This document shows, in pieces, positions 19,727-27,770 of a DNA stretch of 36,853 nt. The position numbers and the translations under genes were made by a program. Position 1 is the stretch's first letter, and every line of letters begins with the position of its first letter. The notes beneath the pieces are model-generated. The model was not told where the DNA came from, did not search any database, and was given only the letters and a program-made list of their open reading frames with translations. The stretch is from an uncultured Pseudomonadota bacterium. Its GTDB lineage: Bacteria; Oederibacteriota; Muellerivitia; Muellerivitales; Muellerivitaceae. The stretch lies in contig CAWJKT010000019.1 of the NCBI GenBank assembly GCA_963843375.1, forward strand, positions 1-36,853, given 5' to 3'.

Positions 19727-20083
19727 TCACTTGTTGAATTTCCCCCTTAACTTCAAGTTTAGGCTTTTAAGTTCTTCGATGTTACATTTGATTTGGTCGA
19801 TCAGTTTTCGCGTTTCTTCGACAAGTTGAGGAAGGGTCACGTGACAACGGGGATTGCGCCCGAGTATGGTGACCGCGGTTTCAACAACTTCCATCTTCAT
19901 TAATCCGCACGTGCTTGCGGGTGATGGCAAAACCCTCGCACATGAAACGGCGTAAGGTTTCTTCGCCAGAACACCTATTCAGCATTTTTAGACCCCTGCT
20001 TTCCAAAAAGACTTCAAGGTCCGATCGATGGGCGGGTCTGTCGTCTGCCAAAAGAATGTTCGAGGTTTTTTTATTTATTTCAT
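19727..20083 (-). pseudogene. Decayed tandem paralog of the adjacent receiver protein
   Basis: Fragments NILLADDRPAH..SGEETLRRFMCEGFAI / METAVTI-like / RKLIDQIKCNIEELKS align with 19111-19638. Early stop, frameshift and internal deletion. Confidence 0.7.
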
Positions 20084-20414
20084 GGCCTGTCTCCTATATG
20101 TTCAACGGGGATGGCCTTAGGCCCCCTGTAGCCCGGGATATTCTTTAAATCTTGAAACTTTCCAAGGTTTTAGCCCTCAACCGTCCGCGTCTTTCGGGGA
20201 ATGATCGAGGGCTTCCCTTCAACGAAAAATTAAGATCAGTACAACGATCAATATCACAAGTCCTATTCCGCCTCCAATATACATAACGCCTCCTTTTACT
20301 TTTTCAACCTACTCTTGTTTCCAAACACCCGCACTTCGCGGACCTGGTTAAAATCTTTTTCGGAAGGGTATTGATCATTCTCTTCTTTTTTAGCCGGGCA
20401 TCGGATAAATCTTT

Positions 20415-21593
20415 TTAACCGCCAACCCCCGCGGGAGCCATCATTTCCAACACGGCTCTATTTTCATCATGCCGCACGAATCTGCCGATATGAGCGGTGT
20501 GTTTCAAAGGCTCGGAGGATCCCCGGATGGACAGGGTCACTTCATTGGCTTCCGGATTGGGTATGTTAAACTCCTTGGCCGCCCAGGCCAGGATCTTCCG
20601 AACCGTGGTCGAGGGCGAGAAGTGGGTTTGATGCTCATGGCCATTGAAATGGACCACCACCCCAATCTTTTTCTGCGTGTGAACGTGATGGATCTTATGG
20701 CGAGGGTGTTTTGCCTCCACCCGGTGATTCGGATTTAAGGGAATATCTTCGTTTTCCAAAAAAAGGTGAGCTTCAGTCGCGGGAAAATTTCCGATCTGAG
20801 CCACGGAGACGATGATTTCCTGGAAGGTGGCCCCGGGTTTAATCGCTACCTTGACCATCCCGGCCAATCCGGCACCTTCTACCAAAATTTCTTCCTGAGC
20901 CAATAAGGCAGCTTGCGCCTTGGCCGCTTCAGCCGCCAATTGGGCCTCTTTCGCCAAACGCTCTTGATCCGCTAATCGAACTGTTTTGGCAGTGGCTTCC
21001 TCGGTCCATTTGGCATCGTTTCCTAAAATCACTTCATCAGTCAAAAGGGCCCATTGCGCCGAATTCTCTTCCTCATTCGATCCGGCCGCTTTTGCGGCCG
21101 CTTCTTCACGAGCCAATTTGGCGCTGTTGGCTAAAGTCGTTTTATCCCTTTGGTAACGGGCTCGAACCATCTGCGCCAACAGGAGAAGCAGAAGAAGCCA
21201 GAGAAGGAGCCAGGGCCAGCCATACGTGCCCCCCATAAAACTTTGGGGAAAATGGGCCGCCACTGGAGGCAATGGCTGGGAAATGGCTGGGGGCGCCGCC
21301 ACCGACGCCGCTAAAACCACCGGGAGGGCCTGAACGGCGGTCCAACCGGCGGAATGGGAAGCGATTGAGGGTTTTTCGGTTGCCTTATCAGCCGGTGGAG
21401 CGGCCGAGGCGGCTGGAACGACCTCGTTGGTTTCCGGTGCCGCAGTCGGCTCAGGATTGAGGACCGATTCGGGCGCCTTTGAACTCCGGATGTCGCTGCC
21501 AACGCAGGAGGTAAAAAACAAAGCACAAGAGCCAAGAAGAAAAACAATAAGGATGGAAGAAAAGGGATGTTTCAAGAGCGCCTCCTCAGACAT
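20415..21593 (-). CDS. Membrane-anchored tandem ubiquitin-like protein (lipoprotein signal, Pro/Ala linker, TM, coiled coil, BilA-like Ubl ending VGG)
   Basis: FFTSC lipobox-like motif (Cys30), WPWLLLWLLLLLLL TM. The last ~160 aa align along their length with 24102-24608 and end PAGVGG*. Confidence 0.85.
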   Translation of the reverse strand: MSEEALLKHPFSSILIVFLLGSCALFFTSCVGSDIRSSKAPESVLNPEPTAAPETNEVVPAASAAPPADKATEKPSIASHSAGWTAVQALPVVLAASVAAPPAISQPLPPVAAHFPQSFMGGTYGWPWLLLWLLLLLLLAQMVRARYQRDKTTLANSAKLAREEAAAKAAGSNEEENSAQWALLTDEVILGNDAKWTEEATAKTVRLADQERLAKEAQLAAEAAKAQAALLAQEEILVEGAGLAGMVKVAIKPGATFQEIIVSVAQIGNFPATEAHLFLENEDIPLNPNHRVEAKHPRHKIHHVHTQKKIGVVVHFNGHEHQTHFSPSTTVRKILAWAAKEFNIPNPEANEVTLSIRGSSEPLKHTAHIGRFVRHDENRAVLEMMAPAGVGG

Positions 21594-21676
21594 TGCGGTG
21601 GGTTCTTGCGGAGAGCGCCTTATGATCGGTCGCCCCCCACAGAACCATCGAGAGAATCATTTCTTAAGCTTTTAAA

Positions 21677-21692
21677 AGCAAGGGACGTGCCA
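21677..21692 (-). promoter_or_regulatory. sigma54 -24/-12 promoter of the membrane Ubl gene
   Basis: TGGCACGTCCCTTGCT, a perfect match to TGGCAC-N5-TTGC. Confidence 0.9.
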
Positions 21693-21800
21693 TTGTCCGG
21701 GAACCTCTTTCTATACCTTCAAAACGATTTCTTCAAAATAGCGACTATCAATAAAATAATTAATTATCAAAGTGGGAGACCGTGAGTTTGTTTGAGGTCA

Positions 21801-23141
21801 TCACCACGTCATTGATTCCGAATAGCCCAAGTTTTTCACTTTTAACGACTTATCGAAGTGGGTTCGGATTTCGGGAAATTCCATCGTTGAGCCGGTCAGG
21901 GTCCGAAAGGGCGGTTCCAGCGAGGCCAACCGAATCGCTTGGGTGATCACCAACGTGCTGGTGAAGACACTCACGAAGGGAACCGCCACGTTCGCCCCGG
22001 CGATTTCGGCAATCCCGCACTCCTCCTCGGGGTACTTTCGCGCCTCCTCCCGGTAGGAACGGAGGGCCTTATTCGCCTCAATTCTTTGGTTTTCCCCCGC
22101 CCCGTCATCCTTTAGGATGTCCTCGGGCCTGAAGTTTTCGTCAAAAACATTCACCCGGTAAAGATGGTAGCTGTCGGCCCTGTTCCCCAGTCCCGCGTCG
22201 ATCACATAATCGAAATTGGCTTTTCCCAGAAGTCTGCGGGTCGCTGCGTTATCCAGCCCTGAGAGGACCATTGAAGGCTCGAAATTCCTGCGCCGGGTGT
22301 TTTCGTCGAAAGGCCGGTCGTTGCGGGTCACCTTAAAGCCCATACGGAGGGCCCAGTCCTCCATGATTTTGCTTTTGCGCGCGCCCACGTCGTCATGCCC
22401 TGTCAGGACAGAAGTTCCGCAATTGGAAGGCTGAACAAAGTCGAAATCCTGGAGCAAAAGCTCGACCTCTTGGGGTTCCTTGAACGGAAGCAATCCCAGG
22501 GTCCAAAGATAGGCTTGGCCCAAATTCCCCAGGCCCAAGGCCCAAAGAGATTTGGGCAGGTAAACTTGTTTCTTCTCGGGGTTAGAATTTTGAACCGGAT
22601 CCCAGATGGAAACAGTGGAGGATTTCCGTCCGGCCCTGGGATCTCCCAAGGCGCGTTTAAAGGCTTCCGAAACCGCCAGGGACCCCGCTGCGATGCCCGC
22701 CAGGACGTTGGAACCGACTCCTAATGGCTGGCTATCATCGATAGGACGAAGACCGACTTTCCATCCGTCCCACCAGGGTTTTACCGACCAGCCCGTCCAA
22801 CCAGTTTGTGAATAGCCAATCACGATCGAGTAATCGGCCTTCACAGCCTTCTTGGCACCCAACGCGGCCGCGGCTTCCCCCACCGTTTGGTGGGGAGGCA
22901 AAGAAAGAATCAGTTTTTCGTGGACCGCTCCAGTCAGGCAAACGCCTCCCCGGAAACTGCGCACCCCTGTCACCACCGCGGTCAAGGCGGCGGCCTGAGC
23001 GGCGGGCTGGGCCGAATCCGACACGCTCAAGTGCACTTCAAGAGTTAATTGGTTGAAAAATACTTGGCCTTCCTCCAGGCCGCCCAAGCCGCTTTCCGGG
23101 TAAAGTTTGAGAAGCCGGGTCGTTTCAGGGTCGATATTCAT
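21801..23141 (-). CDS. bilD: E1-like (ThiF/HesA-family) activating enzyme, BilD-like
   Basis: GLGNLG, QDFD..SN, GLDN..TRR, DAGLG, candidate catalytic ECG..AG..VAVPFVS (Cys codon 22017-22019), extra N-terminal domain. Start ATG 23141 abuts the JAB stop. Confidence 0.88.
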   Translation of the reverse strand: MNIDPETTRLLKLYPESGLGGLEEGQVFFNQLTLEVHLSVSDSAQPAAQAAALTAVVTGVRSFRGGVCLTGAVHEKLILSLPPHQTVGEAAAALGAKKAVKADYSIVIGYSQTGWTGWSVKPWWDGWKVGLRPIDDSQPLGVGSNVLAGIAAGSLAVSEAFKRALGDPRAGRKSSTVSIWDPVQNSNPEKKQVYLPKSLWALGLGNLGQAYLWTLGLLPFKEPQEVELLLQDFDFVQPSNCGTSVLTGHDDVGARKSKIMEDWALRMGFKVTRNDRPFDENTRRRNFEPSMVLSGLDNAATRRLLGKANFDYVIDAGLGNRADSYHLYRVNVFDENFRPEDILKDDGAGENQRIEANKALRSYREEARKYPEEECGIAEIAGANVAVPFVSVFTSTLVITQAIRLASLEPPFRTLTGSTMEFPEIRTHFDKSLKVKNLGYSESMTW

Positions 23142-23142
23142 G

Positions 23143-23658
23143 TTAGGAGGGGTCCAATCGGAAATAGCGGGGACCTTCCAGTGAATGGTCGGTCCAATGG
23201 TGGTTGCCCTGGTACTCATAGAGACCGATGTGTCCGGGTAGAACGTTGTTGAGAGCGTAATGGGAAAGGATGACCGCCAAGTGCCCCGCCAGGGGCATCA
23301 TGGGATGTTCCCGATCGGACGGGCTTTGCCCGAAACCAAGGGCATGCACATGAACGTCCGCGACAACTTCCAAACCCTCGTCCCGGCATATGTTCCAAAG
23401 CGATCCATATTGGCCACCGTCGAATTCCACGATTCCTCTGTCAAAACAGTGTGGGTCTAAGTCGTCGTAATAGACGAACCGGAGGATTCGCCGGGTTTTC
23501 GCTTCCTTTTTGCCGAGCAAGAATGCCCCGCTCTCCCGGGCGTTCCCTGTACGGCGCTGAAGTTCGCGGGCTCCCCTATCCCAAAGGCTTTTCGCGCAAG
23601 CCAACCCGGGGGAAGATTCAGCGATTTTCGGATGGAATGTGGCGGTTGAGCCGTTCAT
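23143..23658 (-). CDS. bilC: JAB/JAMM metalloprotease (deubiquitinase-like), BilC-like
   Basis: RESGAFLLG and DVHVH..QSPSD (E..HxH..SxxD). ATG 23658 follows GGAGG and overlaps the E2 end. Confidence 0.9.
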   Translation of the reverse strand: MNGSTATFHPKIAESSPGLACAKSLWDRGARELQRRTGNARESGAFLLGKKEAKTRRILRFVYYDDLDPHCFDRGIVEFDGGQYGSLWNICRDEGLEVVADVHVHALGFGQSPSDREHPMMPLAGHLAVILSHYALNNVLPGHIGLYEYQGNHHWTDHSLEGPRYFRLDPS

Positions 23659-24100
23659 AAATGTCCTCCAACACAAAAGTTAAATCCCGGTCGGGGCGCC
23701 AAGCCAAATAAGGATGTTTGTTTTGGGCGTCTAAGTGCGGACCCGCTTCTTTTTCCCATGGTCGGTAAACGTGGCTTTCCTGCCAGGGCTTGAAGGGATC
23801 GAACATTTCCCGGGTTCCGTCGGAATTTTTTTTTCGAGGCCTGTTTTCTTCCCGGATTTCCCTGTCCGAATCCATCTCCCAAAGCTGGCAGGAGGGCGCC
23901 TGTCCTGGGTAGCGGTTCAAGCCGAACTTGAACCGGAACCAGATGGGAGTTCCATTGCCTTCGCCAGCATTTACCAGTATGAATAAAATGGGAAATTCGA
24001 AGGACTGGAGTCGCCAAAAACCCCTGCGGATTCCGGCTCGGAACGCAACGGAGTCCAAATCCCGTTCCACCCAATCCAGAGCAGGGTCCTGGATCGGCAT
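23618..24100 (-). CDS. bilB: E2-like conjugating-fold protein, BilB-like
   Basis: Lies between Ubl and JAB; FRAG..RG.W, YPGQAP (E2 YPxxPP-like), HP..AW.P..LTFVLEDIYERLN. Confidence 0.75.
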   Translation of the reverse strand: MPIQDPALDWVERDLDSVAFRAGIRRGFWRLQSFEFPILFILVNAGEGNGTPIWFRFKFGLNRYPGQAPSCQLWEMDSDREIREENRPRKKNSDGTREMFDPFKPWQESHVYRPWEKEAGPHLDAQNKHPYLAWRPDRDLTFVLEDIYERLNRHIPSENR

Positions 24101-24101
24101 T

Positions 24102-24608
24102 TTACCCGTTCACTTTCGCAGGGGTAATCACGTCCAACTCCAATGTGTGGCGGTCATGCGCCACGAAACGGCCGATATGGGCGTTTCCGCTCAAAGGAAC
24201 GGAGGAGCCGTGAAGGGCCAGGTATAATTCCGTCGCATCCTGCTCGGGAATGTTGAACTCATGATTCGCCCAGCCCATGACTTTCTTGACGGTGGCCGCA
24301 GGCGAGAAATGCATTTTGTGTTCCTGGCCGTTGAAGAACACCCCCACATTGATTTCCTTCTGCGTGTGGACGTGATGGACCTTGTGGCGCGGGTGCTTCG
24401 CTTCCAGGACATGGGTTGGGTTCAGGGGAACCGCTTCGTTTTCCAAAAAGAGGTAAGCTTTTTCCGGGGAAAAGTTCCCGGCCCGGGCCACGGCCACGAT
24501 GATTTCCTGCAGCTTGGCTCCGGTTTTCACTTTCACTTCGATCACCTCGGTCATTCCGGGACCTTCCACTAAAATCACTTCATCCAACTCCGTCGTTTCG
24601 TTTCGCAT
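24102..24608 (-). CDS. bilA: Tandem ubiquitin-like (ISG15-like) protein, BilA-like, ending KVNG
   Basis: First gene of the Ubl-E2-JAB-E1 operon; FSPAATVKKVMGWA, HIGRFV, C-terminal Gly. ATG 24608 after AAGGA, downstream of a sigma54 promoter. Confidence 0.85.
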   Translation of the reverse strand: MRNETTELDEVILVEGPGMTEVIEVKVKTGAKLQEIIVAVARAGNFSPEKAYLFLENEAVPLNPTHVLEAKHPRHKVHHVHTQKEINVGVFFNGQEHKMHFSPAATVKKVMGWANHEFNIPEQDATELYLALHGSSVPLSGNAHIGRFVAHDRHTLELDVITPAKVNG

Positions 24609-24659
24609 GAGGGTTCCTTCTTTCTCTAAATCTAAAATGATGGACAAGAGCAAGGTTAA

Positions 24660-24675
24660 AGCAACTATCGTGCCC
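24660..24675 (-). promoter_or_regulatory. sigma54 -24/-12 promoter of the Ubl-E2-JAB-E1 operon
   Basis: GGGCACGATAGTTGCT, GG-N10-GC. Confidence 0.85.
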
Positions 24676-24907
24676 CACCCCGCCCGGAAGGAACGGCGCC
24701 GAAATCACTGGCAGGCGAAGGAAAATCTTTTTTCGGGGTTCAAAAAAGGAAGCCTGAGGGCGGAAGTGGCAAAATGATTCGAGGGACTATCAATTTGATT
24801 TCAACGGAGTCATTACCTTCTCCGGAGGACGTCTCAAAAAATTCCTATAGGATTTTTCTGGCGACTTGTTCAAACTCGCAACTGCCGACTAGTTTAAAAT
24901 CCGTTTT

Positions 24908-25135
24908 TCATTGCCCCGTGTGGGGCGGAGGTGAAACCTGCTTCGCCCCCCACTTGGCGGTTCCGCTGACCTCTCGGACAGGCTTGGTCCTCTTAGGATG
25001 GCGGCCGAAGGTATGACCCTTTTCGTGTAATCGAATCCACTCGGCCTTTCCATTTTCCTGGCCGGACTGCGCCGGGACCATGGTCCCCGCCGTAGCCGTG
25101 AAGAGGATGACCGCAGCTAAAAGTATTTTTTTCAT
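24908..25135 (-). CDS. Small secreted hypothetical protein (75 aa)
   Basis: AAGGAG RBS; MKKILLAAVILFTATAG signal peptide; basic tail. Confidence 0.65.
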   Translation of the reverse strand: MKKILLAAVILFTATAGTMVPAQSGQENGKAEWIRLHEKGHTFGRHPKRTKPVREVSGTAKWGAKQVSPPPHTGQ

Positions 25136-25226
25136 GGTCCTAACTCCTTATGTTGGGTTTGGGGTAACTTCCCGCTCCCTTGCTTCTTGGCCTGCCTTGC
25201 CAACGATCCCCCCGATTGGATCAATT

Positions 25227-26366
25227 CTAATCGGTCACGACGCAACCCGCGTTATCGAGCTCCATGATTTCAACTGGCACGTCCGGGTTCGTCAGGGGGT
25301 TACCTGGAACGTAGATTTCGCATTGGTGAGTCCCCAACCCCGAATTATTCACCAAGGATTGCAAATCTTGAATTTGGTTTGCGTCCAGATCCAATTCCGA
25401 CAGATTCGGCAACCCGGACAGGGCGGCGATGTTGATGACCTGGTTGGTGGTGACCTCCAGGAAAACCAATTTCGTCAATCCGGACAACGCCGTTAGGTCG
25501 TTAATCGCGTTGAACGAAATGTCTAGGTTTATCAAATTCGTCAACCCAGAAAGAGCAGCGATATTGCTGATTTGGTTGCCCGAGATGTCCAAGGCGTTTA
25601 ATTGTGTCATTCCGGTCAGGCCCGTGATATCGCTGATTTGGTTGTTACCGATTGAAAACGAATAAATACCTGTCAGGGCGGCTAGATCGGGCAAGGTCGT
25701 GATCTGGTTATAATCAAGTTGCAGGGAGGTGAGGGCGGTGAGATTTGTCACCGGCGACAGGTCGCTGACCTGCCCCGTAAAGATGCTCAGCGAGAGCAGC
25801 TGCGTCATCCTGGACAAAGCCGTGATGTCGCTAAAGGGGTTGTCATCAAGTATCAAGCTGTTCAATTGTGTCAATCCGGCTAGATCGGTGATATCACCGA
25901 TCTGGTTTATACCGAGATCCAAAACCTTTAAACCAGTGAGACCGGAAATGGACCCGGGGTTGGTGATTTTGTTTCCCGACAGGTTCAGGCCAGTCATGCT
26001 AGTGCAATATTCCAGGCCCGTCAGGTCAACGATGTTGTCGGAAATGGCGGTCAAGTTGACGAGGGTGGCCATATCACACGAGGTGATAGTGTCCGAGGCG
26101 CTTGAAATGATCCCGTTACTGATCAATACGCTTTGAACTGCGGCCAATAGGTTGGGGTCAGGGATATTCACCACCCCCGAAGGACAAGTAACGGTGGGTG
26201 TCGCGGAGTTATTGCCCGTCGGGGTTGGCGAACGAGGAGGGGTTGAAACCGGAATATTGTTTGGCGCCGCGGCGCCTGTTGGGCTGACGATTTGGGAAGG
26301 GCAACCGATGGATAATAATGCGATTCCAATTAAAAGGGAAAAAACCCCTGCGATTCGAAGTTTCAT
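25227..26366 (-). CDS. Internalin-like leucine-rich-repeat lipoprotein
   Basis: Lipobox SIGC, PT linker, IPDPNL cap, about 11 22-aa LxxLxLxxNQIxDLxxL repeats. Confidence 0.92.
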   Translation of the reverse strand: MKLRIAGVFSLLIGIALLSIGCPSQIVSPTGAAAPNNIPVSTPPRSPTPTGNNSATPTVTCPSGVVNIPDPNLLAAVQSVLISNGIISSASDTITSCDMATLVNLTAISDNIVDLTGLEYCTSMTGLNLSGNKITNPGSISGLTGLKVLDLGINQIGDITDLAGLTQLNSLILDDNPFSDITALSRMTQLLSLSIFTGQVSDLSPVTNLTALTSLQLDYNQITTLPDLAALTGIYSFSIGNNQISDITGLTGMTQLNALDISGNQISNIAALSGLTNLINLDISFNAINDLTALSGLTKLVFLEVTTNQVINIAALSGLPNLSELDLDANQIQDLQSLVNNSGLGTHQCEIYVPGNPLTNPDVPVEIMELDNAGCVVTD

Positions 26367-27011
26367 TGTGAGGCCTCCAACGGAATTTAAAACTCTTGGC
26401 CAAACAATGTCTGGGAAAATGTTTTAGTTTAAAGACCTTAGGCGCTCCCACGGATTATAGATATAGGTAAAAAAAATTAAACGACTGAAAACCCAAAAGT
26501 GAAATAATAAAAAATAATTCTCGATCGTGGGTCGTCGAATTATCAATGTGATTCAAATTTGTTTTTGAATCACGGGGTCAACCCCGCCTCGATTAAAAAA
26601 TCTACGTTTCACTTTTGGCTAAAGGCGTGCTTGAGAAGCGAATAAAAGCTATCGGGTTGTCCATTCCGAGTCTCCGCGACGCTTTTAAAACGATTCCAGG
26701 CTGCGCGAATACATAAAAGGCTTCACGGCCCGGACAAGGTTTTTCTCTTCGGTTTACTCCATTGCGTTCTTTGCCCGACTATCAATTCGAGAGACATTTT
26801 CGTGGGGCGTTTAAAAAACGAAATAGTTCCGAATATTCGAATTTATTTTTCCAATCAAAAGTATAATTAAAGGATCAAGTGGTTTTTTCTCGGATCGATG
26901 TCCTCGGAAAATGTCTCTCCGGAGTTCGCGCCAAAATTTTTTCCCATTTGTTCAACCGAATCGGGCCCGCGTTTCACCGAACCCAAAAACGCTCTAACGG
27001 AGGCGAAAGTA

Positions 27012-27770
27012 ATGATGATCGTTCGAAAGTCGGAAGAGCGCCGCCACATTGAGAAAATGGGCCATAAAACCTGGATTACCTTCGACTGGGAAAATAAGTC
27101 CGACCCCCTTCAAAACGGCTTCGGTCTGCTCAAAATACTTAACGAAGAAATACTTTCCCCGGGCACCGGATTCGTGCTTCACACCCATAAGGATATGGTG
27201 ATCATCACCTATCTTGGCGAAGGCGTGATCATCTATAAAGGCCCCTTGGAAGACGCTGATTTATTGTGGGCCAAGGAATTCCACCAGGCCAACGTCACTC
27301 CCGACAGTGAACAATATGCGTTTAATGTCTCAAAAACCGAGGATGCCCATATCTTCCAAAGCGGGTTTGCCCCCCGCGAGGGTTTTTTGAAGTCGGATGG
27401 GGTCAAAAAACTCTTTACCCACGCTGAGCGTCAGGGAATTTTAAAACTGATCGCTTCTCCAGACGGAAGGGAGGGGTCGCTTCCCATACAGCAAGACGCC
27501 CAAATGTACTCCGCCTTCATTCACAAAGGAAATCACATGGTTCATCCGCTTGCGCATGGCCGAAGCGCCTGGCTTCATGTGGTAAGGGGTGAAATTCTAA
27601 TGAACGATTTCAACTTTCAATCAGGGGATGGAGTAGGTTTATCCGACGAGATTTCCATTCCCTTTACGGCCCAAATGCCCACCGAAATCCTTCTCTTTGA
27701 TCTCGCAGAAACGGTAAGCCCCAAAATGGGGATGGAGCCGCAAAAAGAAACGGTTCTTTCCCAAAAATGA
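27012..27770 (+). CDS. Pirin-like bicupin (YhhW/YhaK family), degenerate metal site
   Basis: GFGLLKILNEE..PGTGF.LHTHKDM, LIASPDGREGSLPIQQDA, GRSAWLHVVRG, EILLFDL. Start 27012 after GGAGG. Confidence 0.85.
   Translation: MMIVRKSEERRHIEKMGHKTWITFDWENKSDPLQNGFGLLKILNEEILSPGTGFVLHTHKDMVIITYLGEGVIIYKGPLEDADLLWAKEFHQANVTPDSEQYAFNVSKTEDAHIFQSGFAPREGFLKSDGVKKLFTHAERQGILKLIASPDGREGSLPIQQDAQMYSAFIHKGNHMVHPLAHGRSAWLHVVRGEILMNDFNFQSGDGVGLSDEISIPFTAQMPTEILLFDLAETVSPKMGMEPQKETVLSQK

Noticed and set aside
23142..23219. N-terminal extension of E1 (also Ubl start 24653, pirin start 26898, GH94 start 5473)
   Set aside because: Downstream starts have better RBS or translational coupling; 24653 lies upstream of the predicted sigma54 TSS.
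21801..24608. Interpretation as ThiS/MoaD sulfur transfer or CBASS Cap2/Cap3
   Set aside because: The Ubl is a ~168-aa tandem type, an E2-like gene is present, and there are no thiamine/Moco genes or CD-NTase nearby.
26962..26978. GGGCCCGCGTTTCAC as a sigma54 promoter for pirin
   Set aside because: The -12 GC is replaced by AC; too weak to call.
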